Positions 19,401 through 28,059 of a DNA stretch of 42,742 nt are shown in pieces (position 1 is the stretch's first letter; each line of letters begins with the position of its first letter). The notes under the pieces are model-generated. The model was given only the letters and a program-made list of their open reading frames with translations. It was not told the DNA's origin and did not search any database. The translations under genes and the position numbers were made by a program. The DNA is taken from assembly GCA_965215885.1 (NCBI GenBank), contig CBDCEW010000074.1:1-42742 (forward strand). Reading direction: 5' to 3'. This DNA comes from Candidatus Moanibacter sp. Its GTDB lineage: Bacteria; Verrucomicrobiota; Verrucomicrobiia; Opitutales; UBA2987.

Positions 19401-20287
19401 CCGCCAACGCAAATTTCACCGATTCCGAGCGAATTGTCGGCATCGATGCAGAAGATATATCGGTGGACCTTTTTCTCTTTCTCGGCGATATCACTCCTTC
19501 CGGGGAGGCCACGCCCTGGCTTCGTATCGACCCCTCCTCGAGTATCTCCGAGATTCTTATCGCCGGTGGCGATCTACGCGAAGCTACCGGCCCCATGCAG
19601 ATCGATACAAACGGCATCGTTTATCCATTCAGCATTCGCGCAACGGATGGCCAGCGTTCTATCAGCAACAGCGCCTTCCGGCCGGATCTGGGCGACGGAA
19701 GAATTCCTCCTGCATCGGATACATTCGTCGCTGACACCGACGCATATTTTCTCACCGATGGACAATCCACCGGCCCTGCCGAAGCCACTGCCAGCTCTGC
19801 TCAGGCAGATTCCATGGCGGGGAGCAGGAAAACTGTGGGAGCAGCCTCATTACTTTCAACGTCCCGACCTGCCGTTCAACAACCCTATTCGAAACCGCAA
19901 CATAATGTCCCAGCCGACCCTTCGGCAACCTCAGTGGCGAATCTGCAAGGCATGAGTTCCCGTCTGCCTTCGAGCGGGGCCCGCGAGGGCTGGCAGGAGT
20001 CTCAGGACCTGTTCTCGCCAGACCCCTATCCTAATGACCGACAATTTAGAGACATTCTTCGGACCCTTTTCCTCGGTTCTTCAGGAAACAGGAACGAGGT
20101 TGCGGAAGGCGGCGGCATCTGGCTTTGGGTTCCCGATCTGGGCTGGATCTGGACCTCGCCGACTCACTTTCCCCTCTTTTGGAGATCATCGGCTGATCAG
20201 TGGGTTGTGTTTGAACTGGATGAAGATACCACGCAAGTCATGCCGTACGGCAGGCCCGGACGGAGAATTACCAAGTTCAATCGCTAG
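16484..20287 (+). CDS. Large secreted/surface protein (Ig-like, ASH/choice-of-anchor-D-like, 3 FN3-like repeats, LamG-like domain)
   Basis: Signal peptide MKNPYAGLLSLAFLLFGAQTAIQG; LDFGDV; three ASDG..V.W..Y.IFR..YFYWIK repeats; FPFNGNAND..WHQVVGT..IDDLRLYNRALS; alternative start at 16466. Confidence 0.88.
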   Translation: MKNPYAGLLSLAFLLFGAQTAIQGATIQGRIEPDEAIDAGGQWRKVGTTEWLNHQDQITETFSGNPFNVEFEFRDIFGFNTPANHTLEVNDDGFFSFTGIYELDAPDLTIQSIVQDPDSSTAVDWEKSVTFTIIIVDDGGNPVSGAFVEVADTVMDGTFQSGESDGNGVVTYTTTVPSQTSDDTYTLDFVAMRANANDSGVFPRQVIVSSHIISLSGDLDFGDVVIDDAAQRTLSINNEGSSAINISGINYPSPAFGGSFIGTVFPMSTQNIVITFFPDSESAFGGEVEVGTVETVTGNTTIAISGNGVPEAIFPPETVTATKADFGFKIVISWSRVDEITEYEIFRNTEDNSETAALISTRNETGTEDPIVFDDLSIEVGTLYYYWIKSKLDDQRSEFGIPDFGFALAAPQRVEASDGVFVDKVVLNWALSFGADSYDVFRNTVNDQGAATLVGNTAELTFPDTTAVPGTTYFYWIKTVKSGFSTDFSFSDTGFAFATPQKIVASDGEFFNKVEVAWDFVQGAQSYTIFRHTSNESAEATQISAILGTRFQDMTAEPGQVYFYWVKAINSQNATTDFSRSDAGFISNPQSLNDGLVVFFPFNGNANDEGDLGLDSTLSGASLTSDRFGKSDSAYNFDGIDDFIELPVNSLSILVGRYTISAWIKTTATPETLGPIYSGKHDFLESQFGGFQISVESEGKIDSENYTSPIESFGGVTTTPINDGAWHQVVGTWDGTEYRVYVDGTRELVGQATFAGQISWLASIESMFIGKNLEEEYYQGTIDDLRLYNRALSSEEITDLRAATTGEAAALRVAGNASFVNEGTEFQGNFYNGFELKGATGVFSSNPGEITRISFLDLGGDLVFAEFGSDDPDTTLLISLGNHVEAVPSPYNQPGTTYEQGLACFSINNSTEATFFSIFTLGNDPSRVDTALIQSDTLSGSVDGIADLGSISVAVNSQLSDPGAQTRIGGINAANANFTDSERIVGIDAEDISVDLFLFLGDITPSGEATPWLRIDPSSSISEILIAGGDLREATGPMQIDTNGIVYPFSIRATDGQRSISNSAFRPDLGDGRIPPASDTFVADTDAYFLTDGQSTGPAEATASSAQADSMAGSRKTVGAASLLSTSRPAVQQPYSKPQHNVPADPSATSVANLQGMSSRLPSSGAREGWQESQDLFSPDPYPNDRQFRDILRTLFLGSSGNRNEVAEGGGIWLWVPDLGWIWTSPTHFPLFWRSSADQWVVFELDEDTTQVMPYGRPGRRITKFNR

Positions 20288-20676
20288 CCCGCTTCCAGTG
20301 ACTGAAATTTCTCTATCTCCCGCCGTTCTTTCTTGGTTGGGCGCCCGCCGCGGCGCAAGCCGGAACCGACCACTTCCTCAATCATCTCCGCCCGACTATT
20401 CTTTTGAGGTGAACCGGTAAGTTCTTCAAAGCACTCCTGGGCCAATTTCGCTCCCACTCTTCTCTCAATCGTCTTCACAACTCTCAGGTTTCGAGTTTCC
20501 CTTCTCTTGTGTGTCTCGACAACATCTCCAATTCGAACCAAAGAGGAGGCCTTTACCCTCGCACCACCTATTTTCACATCCCCCGATCGACAAGCACGCG
20601 TCGCCGCTGTTCTAGTCTTAAACAAGCGAACCGCCCATAGCCATTTGTCTATTCTTATTCTCGATTCGCACATCAT
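20284..20676 (-). CDS. hslR: Ribosome-associated heat shock protein Hsp15 (S4 domain)
   Basis: RIDKWLWAVRLFKTR, GRPTKKERR; start trimmed to ATG at 20676. Confidence 0.92.
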   Translation of the reverse strand: MMCESRIRIDKWLWAVRLFKTRTAATRACRSGDVKIGGARVKASSLVRIGDVVETHKRRETRNLRVVKTIERRVGAKLAQECFEELTGSPQKNSRAEMIEEVVGSGLRRGGRPTKKERREIEKFQSLEAG

Positions 20677-20739
20677 GGGAAAATAAGCTGCCTCCTTCTC
20701 TGAACAAAACCCACTTAGGAATCTGTTCATATTACACCA

Positions 20740-21183
20740 ATGATATACTTTTTCGAGGATTTTGAAGTCGGAAGGGAATTTCAATCCGCTGAGAGAAACA
20801 TCACCGAGAGTGAGATTCTTGCTTTTGCGCGTGAATTTGATCCGCAAACATTCCACACCGGCGAAAAGGCTCACACTTCGTCGATATATGACGGACTGAT
20901 CGCAAGCGGCTGGCACTCGGGCGCCATCGCCATGCGACTTATGGTTGATTCCTTTATCGGCGAATCGGCCAGCCTCGGCTCACCCGGACTTGACTATCTG
21001 CGCTGGCCCAATCCTATGAGACCGGGAGATAAAGTGACACTATTTGCCAGGGTAGTCGAAGCCCGTCGTTCTCAAAGCAAACCGGACCGTGGCATCGTGA
21101 AGTTGCTGCTGGAACTCAAGAACAAAAACGGAGAACTGTTGATGGAGACCGTCGCAGTAGTATTCCTTTCCTGCCGCGACTAA
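20740..21183 (+). CDS. MaoC-family dehydratase
   Basis: FEDFEVG, FAREFDPQTFH, GLIASGWH, RWPNPMRPGD. Confidence 0.92.
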   Translation: MIYFFEDFEVGREFQSAERNITESEILAFAREFDPQTFHTGEKAHTSSIYDGLIASGWHSGAIAMRLMVDSFIGESASLGSPGLDYLRWPNPMRPGDKVTLFARVVEARRSQSKPDRGIVKLLLELKNKNGELLMETVAVVFLSCRD

Positions 21184-21240
21184 TGTGAAACTTCAATGCC
21201 GTGCGGCAGAGCGGGTCTCCGAGCGAGTCAAAGTAGCGCG

Positions 21241-21325
21241 ATTCGGCGGCAACTCCATCGAAAAGCTTCCGCTTTCCGCTACGGCACGGATCGCCGGCTG
21301 TAGCGGAATGCGATAGCATTTCGTC
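21241..21325. repeat. GTAGCGGAA-type REP pair
   Basis: Similar to 16030-16114; lies between convergent genes. Confidence 0.72.
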
Positions 21326-21416
21326 TTCCACATATCCTTCTCGTTATCGTGCTCGTCCTCGTTCTCGAATGAACATCGAACCAAAGCATTTCCCATCACG
21401 CTAAATTCTTACCTAT

Positions 21417-22493
21417 TTAGGGTCCGACGGATTCTTCCACCTTCCGAAACGTTTCCGCCACCTCACGGAGGATAATCACTGCTTCCTCCACATCCTGCCT
21501 GGAGACATCCAAATGCGTTAGGGCACGGCAACGGGTGCCCCCAGGTGTCGAAACGCGTATGCCATGCGCCATTAACGCATCGTTGAATTCCATGGCAGTG
21601 CAACCCAGTTCGGACACATCGAAAAACACCATGTTCGTCGTGACCAGCTCAGCGCGGATTCCCTCGATTGCATCAATTCCGGCCCCCAGAACCCTGGCAT
21701 TAGCATGGTCCTCCACAAGCCGATCGACATGGTTCATCAGCGCGTAGGTTCCGGCTGCGGCAATGACCCCGGATTGACGCATGGCCCCTCCAAACTGATG
21801 TTTCCAGCGCCACGCCTCATCAATGAATTCCCTGCTTCCGGCAAGCGCAGCGCCAACCGGCGCCCCAAGTCCCTTGCTGAAGTCGATCCACACTGAGTCA
21901 AAAGGCGCGGCATATGTCTGTGCGGAGATTCCGGATGCCGCAACGGCGTTGAGGAGCCGTGCACCATCCATGTGGCGAGCCAGTCCCCACTTCCCGGCAG
22001 TGTCGCAGATTTCCTCGATCGTATCCAACGGCCAGACCGTGCCTCCCCCTCCATTTGAAGTCTGCTCCACAATAACCAGCCGCGATCTCGGGTGATGGTT
22101 GTTAATTGGACGTATTGCCGCTTCAAGCTCTTCACGGTCGAATATGCCCCGACGCCCTTCAACAGGGAAGACAAACGCCCCGCTTAAGGCCGCCGCTCCG
22201 GCCCCTTCGTGGTTGCGCACATGCGCAGTCTTATCAAGAATAATTTCATCTCCGGGCCCGCAGTGAACGCGAATCGCGATCTGATTGCACATCGTCCCGG
22301 AAGGCAAAAATACCGCCTCCTCTTTACCGAGTAACTCACTCACCTGCTCTTCCAGATGCCTGGTGCTGGGATCTTCGCGCTTCTGCTCGTCGCCCACCTC
22401 AGCTTTCGCCATAAATCGGCGCATTCCTTCGGTCGGCCGAGTGATGGTGTCGCTGTAAAGATCAATCCGAATCTCTTTAGATGGCGCAGTCAT
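21417..22493 (-). CDS. ltaE: Low-specificity L-threonine aldolase family protein
   Basis: DLYSDTITRPT, PSGTMCNQ, HMDGARL, FSKGLGAPVG, GGAMRQSG. Confidence 0.92.
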   Translation of the reverse strand: MTAPSKEIRIDLYSDTITRPTEGMRRFMAKAEVGDEQKREDPSTRHLEEQVSELLGKEEAVFLPSGTMCNQIAIRVHCGPGDEIILDKTAHVRNHEGAGAAALSGAFVFPVEGRRGIFDREELEAAIRPINNHHPRSRLVIVEQTSNGGGGTVWPLDTIEEICDTAGKWGLARHMDGARLLNAVAASGISAQTYAAPFDSVWIDFSKGLGAPVGAALAGSREFIDEAWRWKHQFGGAMRQSGVIAAAGTYALMNHVDRLVEDHANARVLGAGIDAIEGIRAELVTTNMVFFDVSELGCTAMEFNDALMAHGIRVSTPGGTRCRALTHLDVSRQDVEEAVIILREVAETFRKVEESVGP

Positions 22494-22650
22494 TGAAAAT
22501 CAGAATTTATATGATCGTCTTTCGATCTTGAAAGAATTCCCCCCGCCAAAACCGTTGAAGGGCGCAATTAAAGCAATACATACAATCCCAGTAGGACTTG
22601 CACGAAAAAAAAGATGCGCTTGAAATACTAACCCGAAAATCTCAATGATT

Positions 22651-24917
22651 GTATGTGCCTAGCGTGCCTTTGATTGTTGGCTGCCCCGGTCTTGTGCCCA
22701 TAATTACGAAATTGGGTTGGAGAACCCAAAGTAAATGTTATTCAGGCACTTGCAAGATTCTATTGATTACATAGTATGCCAGAATGGAGTTTCAACGATT
22801 GTTGTGTGTGGGTTCGTTAGAGGTAGAGAGCTTTTCCTGCAGGTTTGTTTTCAGTTAGAAACTTGTTGAGTATTAATCAGTTACAAAAGCGCTTTGAACG
22901 GGGAGTTGATTTCTGGTGGCAATTGAGTAGAAGCGAAGGGAGCTGGAGAAAGTTGGTATTGGCATTGTATGTAAAATAAAGTTTGCAGTTTTGCCTCCTT
23001 TCATACTGTGCCGGTGCATGCAAGAAGAGCTTTCGCGTAAAGAGAGGGAGGTGGTCGAAGCGGTACGGCGGGATCGGGTAAGCACGGTGTGGAGGCTGAT
23101 GAAGGAGCAGAGGGTGTCGCGGCGAACGGTCTATCGGGCTTTGCAAAAATATGGCCATTACTCCAGTTACAATGCCAATTGTGGCTACCTGAGCTTGAAA
23201 GACATTCCGCGCTTTGACGGGGCCGGTTTGTGGCGTTTTCGCAAGGGGCGCTTTTCGCGCCACGGCACCTTGGAGGAGACCGTGGAGGCGGTGGTGGGAG
23301 CTTCGCTTTGCGGCTACACGGTGGCTGAGTTGGAGACCCTCCTTGGGGTACGGGTGCACAACCCCATAAGCGTGCTTTGTAGAAAGAAGCGGTTGAGTCG
23401 ATACTATGAAGGGCGTCACTGCGTGTATGTCTCGGCCGGGGAACAGGGCGGGGCCGAACAGAAAAAGCGGCGGCAAGGGCGAAGAACAGCGGCACAAGTT
23501 CAGGCAGGGGACCCCGGGGGCGCTTTGCAGGCAGCTCCCGAAGGGCTCGAAACGATGGTCGTGATCGCTTTGCTGGTCGCCTGTATCGGCCATCCCGAGG
23601 CCGGGGTCAAGGAGCTTGTCGAGCTTATGCAAGAGCAGGGAGTAGAGCTGAGCGGGGAGCAAATTGAGCGGGTGATGGCGTTTTACTCGCTCAAAAAAAA
23701 ACCGGACCGATCGCGGTAGCGGAGCTGTTACATGATTTGCGGGCAGAGGCTGAACGGGCCCTGCAAACGGTGGGGGCTGTGCCTGCGCAAACGAGTTATC
23801 GCTTCGATGCCCGGGAGGACGAAGAGGGTCCTTCAGAGGTGCGCAAGACCCTGCGCCGCAAGGTGGTCAGTTTCTCCTATGGATGCTTCCAGGCGGTGGA
23901 AGTTGTGCGCGAGCAGGGGCAAGGGAGCCACCGCAACAGCTACCGTTCTGCTCGCCTGGAACAGATCGTGCCCTCGCATAGTCGCTACGCTTACGATCTG
24001 ATTGCCTATGTGGGCAAGCGATGTTTGTGCGAAAGCGCCACCCTCAAAGAGGTGCACAGGGAACTGCGCGAGGGCCCGGGGCAGCTGCAGATTGCTCAAA
24101 GCAGCCTCTATGAGATGCAGCAGAAGTTTCTTTTTTATCTGGGTCGGCTGCACGCCGCGGCCGCTCCGGTGCTTAAAGATTACCTGAGCGCTCGCCCTTG
24201 CCTGCGCTGGCTGGTGGATGGGACCGTGGAACCGCAGACGCCGGTTTTCTTCGCTGTTCAGGAAGCCGACGAAGGGATCCTTTTGGGCAGCTGGAAAATG
24301 CCTTCCGAACAGAGCGAAACGATCAGTGGCTGTTTTGCCCGGGCGGCCCGGGCTTTTGGCCAACCCCACCATGTCTATCATGATTTAAGCGCTCAGATCA
24401 GCAAGGCCTGCGAGAGCGAAACCTTCCAGGCCCCCCATGGCGTCTGCCATTATCATTTCGCCCGCAATGTGGGCGAACAGCTTTATCGAAAACCCCAGCA
24501 GATGCTCAACGGGCGCTTGCGGCAATTGAAGCTCATGGAGCGCATGCGCGAGCAACGCAAACACATCACCGCAAAGCTCCGTGACGCCCTCCGTGAAAAA
24601 CACGCCCTCGTCCTGGCCGATTTGCTCACCGCCAAAGCGCTCGCAGTGCCCTTCGATCCCACCCTTGCACGGGAACTGCTCATGGCCCTGCAATTGTGGA
24701 TTTTGGATTATCCCTGCGACGGTCACCGCCAGGGCTTTCCCTTCGATCCTTACCTGCTTTATTGGCATCGGCGGGTCGTGCGCGCCCATGCCGCCCTGGA
24801 GCAGTGGCTTGCCCGCGCTCCTGCCAGTTGCTCTGTTCTGCGAAGCTTCTTTCATCTTTCGACCGGGTTGAAGCAGTATCTGGCTGATGCCCTCGTCATC
24901 GAAGCCGCTACTAGCTA
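22651..24917 (+). mobile_element. Two-ORF transposon 'A', copy 1 (left end, orf1, truncated orf2)
   Basis: End 22651-22701 matches 32242-32292 at 48 of 51 positions; 23485-24917 is near-identical to 33024-34465 inverted. Confidence 0.8.
22991..23719 (+). CDS. Element A orf1, probable DNA-binding N-terminal transposase part
   Basis: Basic, HTH-like ORF (SRRTVYRALQK) ending just after an A9 run; alternative ATG at 23018. Confidence 0.7.
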   Translation: MPPFILCRCMQEELSRKEREVVEAVRRDRVSTVWRLMKEQRVSRRTVYRALQKYGHYSSYNANCGYLSLKDIPRFDGAGLWRFRKGRFSRHGTLEETVEAVVGASLCGYTVAELETLLGVRVHNPISVLCRKKRLSRYYEGRHCVYVSAGEQGGAEQKKRRQGRRTAAQVQAGDPGGALQAAPEGLETMVVIALLVACIGHPEAGVKELVELMQEQGVELSGEQIERVMAFYSLKKKPDRSR

Positions 24918-24918
24918 G
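23737..24918 (+). pseudogene. Element A orf2 DDE transposase, truncated by element B
   Basis: Matches the first 392 aa of 32387-34204, then stops at the element B end. Confidence 0.85.
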
Positions 24919-26835
24919 ACCCCATTCGAAAAGCCTTTCGAGCGGACGGTTTCAGGTTTTCCGCCACAGGCGGACCAGCCTATGGCTGGCAGGCGTCGGG
25001 TTTCAGGCTGCCGACGCTGCCGATGAGCAGGTATTGAGCGGCCATCGGCGTGGCTTGCTGCACAATACGCATATTTGCCGCTGTTTGGAGGCATACTCAT
25101 CCCGTGGTGCTTTTTTCTCCGAGCTGCAAAGCGGTCAGATTCAGGCCGCCTGTTCCAGTTCCTCCCGTCGTCGTTTCTTCATCAGTATGATGCGGCAGAA
25201 GTTGTAGGCCAGAACCTTCTCGAGCAGTTCATCGCCTACCGCATCGATGCCGCGGCGGCCGAGTTCGCCAAAGGCAAATCCATCTTTAATCGTGAACATC
25301 AGCGACTCCACTGCGGAGCGATTGCGGCGTGCCTCGCGATACGCCTCGCTCTCCCGGTCCTCGGGGGTGGTCAACTTCTTGCCCTTCGCCCCACTGATAC
25401 TGATCTGCTTTACCCCCATGCCCAGCACCTCCTTGCGCCCCTTCGCCGAAGCATATCCGTCATCGGTGCTGATCAGTTCAGCAATGACACCGGTGCGCTT
25501 GATCGAATCGCCGATGGCCGGCGCCAGCTCAATGGAGTCTGCCGCATTGCCTTGCGGTACGATCAGGCTGGTGACAAAACCGTTTTCGCTGCGAACCAGT
25601 TGTGGCTTGTACCCGATCACTGGATTGCGGCTGCCCTTCTTGATGTAGGCCGCCGATCCGTCCGACAGGCTCAGGACCTTCTGCGTGGACGGTAGCTTCT
25701 TTTCGTGAAACACCCGATCATGAGCATACTCAACAACCCGCTTGGCGTCGGCAATATCGCGCCTGATCTGGCTCAATACCCGCTTCAGAAGCTCCCGGCG
25801 AGTGGGAGGCAGTGAATCCATCGACAGGCCCTCTTCAAGATGGCTCAGTTCCCCCGTTAGTGAGTCGGCCGCCTTGCGGCCCCGCTTGAGCAACCGCCGG
25901 TAGTGTTTCTTCAGCTTGCCCTTCGACTTCGGTTTGCCCGCGGGCAGACAAATCTGAAACTCCAGCTTGTCCATCTCCTGCAGCCAACGCCCAACCCATC
26001 CCTTGCGAAAATCCTCCAGCCCGAATATATGCAACTTCTGACCCAAACGATTGGCCCGCATCAAAAGACCGCTCAGAATCCTCCCATCGGTGGGCCAGCA
26101 GCTGTTTGCTTTCACCGAGGTGCTGTCGATCGTCAGCTTCCCGAAATCGTCCCATTGCTCCTGGAGGATAAACCCAATCTGTTTATCAAAGATCAGCTCG
26201 CGGGTCCTATGGCTGACCAGGTTCACGTTCTCCAGAATCGTCGTCACCGCCGGCATCCTCAGTCCCCGCCTCTGAAGAAATCCGTACAAGCTCATCGACT
26301 CGCGCAGAAACCGCCGTGCCGGTTTCGTGGTCAACGAACCGAGAAACCCACGAATCATCACGAACACGTATACCGCATAAGCCGGCATCCACGGCCGGCC
26401 TACCGCAAGATTCAATTCAGCAGCCAGAATATTCTCCTCCTCGATGTCCAGCTCCGGCAGCTCCGCTGTGCGCCCTTCAAAGAACCTTCGATCTTCCAAT
26501 CGAAGTTTCTTCTTCTCACGCGCATGGGCGTCCAGATCCTTCTCGATCGCCTCGATGATTTGCGCCGCGAACCCGGCCAATTCTTCAACTTCATCCAGAA
26601 AATCACGAAACTCCGTGTCTGGAACCGGCAGAATGAGGTTGCTAAGGGGCGTCTTGTCGCTTTTGTTCTCCTCTGTCGCACATGTTGGCATGTTTAACTC
26701 ATTTATTAATCTTAAGTTGTTAAACACTAGTATGTTACGACACTTTTTATCAAGCCGAAAAACTGATTTTTCTCAAGTTTTTCTTGCGCCTTTTGCGCCT
26801 CTTTGCGGCAAATCAGTAGCTTTTCGGATAAGGTC
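24918..26835 (-). mobile_element. IS element 'B', copy 1 (IS5/ISNCY-like), both ends present
   Basis: IRs gaccttatccgaaaagc / gaccccattcgaaaagc (14 of 17 match); TA on both flanks. Confidence 0.85.
25141..26727 (-). CDS. Element B DDE transposase
   Basis: IDSTSVKANSCWPTD, STDDGY, RRNRSAVESLM; true start uncertain. Confidence 0.88.
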   Translation of the reverse strand: MFNNLRLINELNMPTCATEENKSDKTPLSNLILPVPDTEFRDFLDEVEELAGFAAQIIEAIEKDLDAHAREKKKLRLEDRRFFEGRTAELPELDIEEENILAAELNLAVGRPWMPAYAVYVFVMIRGFLGSLTTKPARRFLRESMSLYGFLQRRGLRMPAVTTILENVNLVSHRTRELIFDKQIGFILQEQWDDFGKLTIDSTSVKANSCWPTDGRILSGLLMRANRLGQKLHIFGLEDFRKGWVGRWLQEMDKLEFQICLPAGKPKSKGKLKKHYRRLLKRGRKAADSLTGELSHLEEGLSMDSLPPTRRELLKRVLSQIRRDIADAKRVVEYAHDRVFHEKKLPSTQKVLSLSDGSAAYIKKGSRNPVIGYKPQLVRSENGFVTSLIVPQGNAADSIELAPAIGDSIKRTGVIAELISTDDGYASAKGRKEVLGMGVKQISISGAKGKKLTTPEDRESEAYREARRNRSAVESLMFTIKDGFAFGELGRRGIDAVGDELLEKVLAYNFCRIILMKKRRREELEQAA

Positions 26836-26973
26836 TAACTCTAATCAGGTAATATTCGAAGCGTCGGCAATGCATTTGCCCTGTGCACGCTGTGCACCGC
26901 CAATCCTCTATCGCCTCTCCAAGCCAAAGAAGGATAGCCATTTGGGGAACAAAAAGCGAGAAAATAAAGAGAT

Positions 26974-27542
26974 GTAAAGATCCTCGGGGCAAGCCCCGAG
27001 GCATTTTCAAAATAATCCCAACTCCAACTGCCCTTTATGCAATCGCTGGTAATTTGCCTCCTCACCTTGATTCGCGATATAGGCCGCGATCACGCTCTCG
27101 CTGCTGTGTTGCCCCACCGTGTTTACGAAGTACCCTTTTCCCCAGAACTCTCCGCCCCACAGTTGCTTCTTCACCTCCGGTGCTTTCGCAAACACTTCGC
27201 GCGCAGTTACACTCTTCACCGTCGTAACGATCCTCGTCGGACTGTAAGCCGGCACCGACTGGATCAGAAAGTGTGCATGGTCTCGATCTAATCCTATTTC
27301 CAAGAAGACAATCTCCCAGCGCTTTTCAATCTCGATGCAGGCTGCCCTCAGAACCTCGTCCACACGCTCACTCATCACAACTCGACGATACTTCGCTGCG
27401 CACACCAGATGATACATCAGCACCGATACATTGTGACTTTTGTGGATGTAACGACTTCCCATCCCCTATCATCATATACCACTAAAGCCGAAGCAAGCTT
27501 CGGGGAATTGAACCCAGCGAGATTAAACCCGAAGCGATTAAA
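26974..27542 (-). mobile_element. IS200-type element (tnpA only)
   Basis: Subterminal hairpins flank tnpA; TTAT precedes the left end on the minus strand; boundaries approximate. Confidence 0.85.
27007..27462 (-). CDS. tnpA: IS200/IS605-family HUH transposase
   Basis: YHLVCAAKYRR, DHAHFL (HUH), LWGGEFWGKGYFV, YIANQ. Confidence 0.95.
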   Translation of the reverse strand: MGSRYIHKSHNVSVLMYHLVCAAKYRRVVMSERVDEVLRAACIEIEKRWEIVFLEIGLDRDHAHFLIQSVPAYSPTRIVTTVKSVTAREVFAKAPEVKKQLWGGEFWGKGYFVNTVGQHSSESVIAAYIANQGEEANYQRLHKGQLELGLF

Positions 27543-27709
27543 AATAAGGTGCTTCCGCGACGGAAACCGTAGAGAGTCACTCCGAGAGGCCATCGATCCC
27601 CTGTCTCCCTGTGCAGTGGACGGGTCCGAAACGCTCTCGCGTTCCGCTACATTCGCTCCTTGGGTCGTAGGTATTTGTGGCCGGATCGCTCTGAAGAATG
27701 GCCTCCCGG

Positions 27710-27946
27710 TCACTCCTCGCCGTCGTCGCCCACTGCTTCGACGGGACAACCCTCCAAAGCGGCTGTCATGAGTTCGACTTCATCCTCGGTTGCCGGCTGC
27801 CTTGAAACGTAAGAATAGCAGCCCGCCTCATTTCGGGTAAACAGAGTGGGCGCCGTCTCACGGCAGAGGTCGCAATCGATGCACTGATCATCGACGAAGT
27901 ATTTTCCGGGTACGTTTTCCGGATATTTATACTCTCTATTGGCCAT
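27710..27946 (-). CDS. Ferredoxin
   Basis: ENVPGKYFVDDQCIDCDLCRETAP...CPVEAVG; start set at ATG 27946. Confidence 0.92.
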   Translation of the reverse strand: MANREYKYPENVPGKYFVDDQCIDCDLCRETAPTLFTRNEAGCYSYVSRQPATEDEVELMTAALEGCPVEAVGDDGEE

Positions 27947-28059
27947 AAGATCTCGATCGTCCCGAATATCCGCTTTTCTGTCAAACAGGTTGTTACCATC
28001 GCGGAAATTATAGACACCTCTCAAGGGAAGCGCAATATACCAAACCAGTGTGAGCAGCT

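Noticed and set aside
20677..20916. N-terminal extension of the Hsp15 ORF
   Set aside because: It overlaps the MaoC gene on the opposite strand; homology begins at RIDKWLW.
22877..26697. Long antisense ORFs in elements A and B (e.g. 22877-23662, 25903-26697, and 35283-36068 in copy 2)
   Set aside because: Shadow frames of GC-rich transposase genes with no recognisable motifs.
26974..27542. TnpB/IscB RNA-guided nuclease or RAYT associated with the HUH transposase
   Set aside because: The right-end hairpin follows the tnpA stop directly, leaving no room for tnpB; the protein motifs are IS200-type rather than RAYT.
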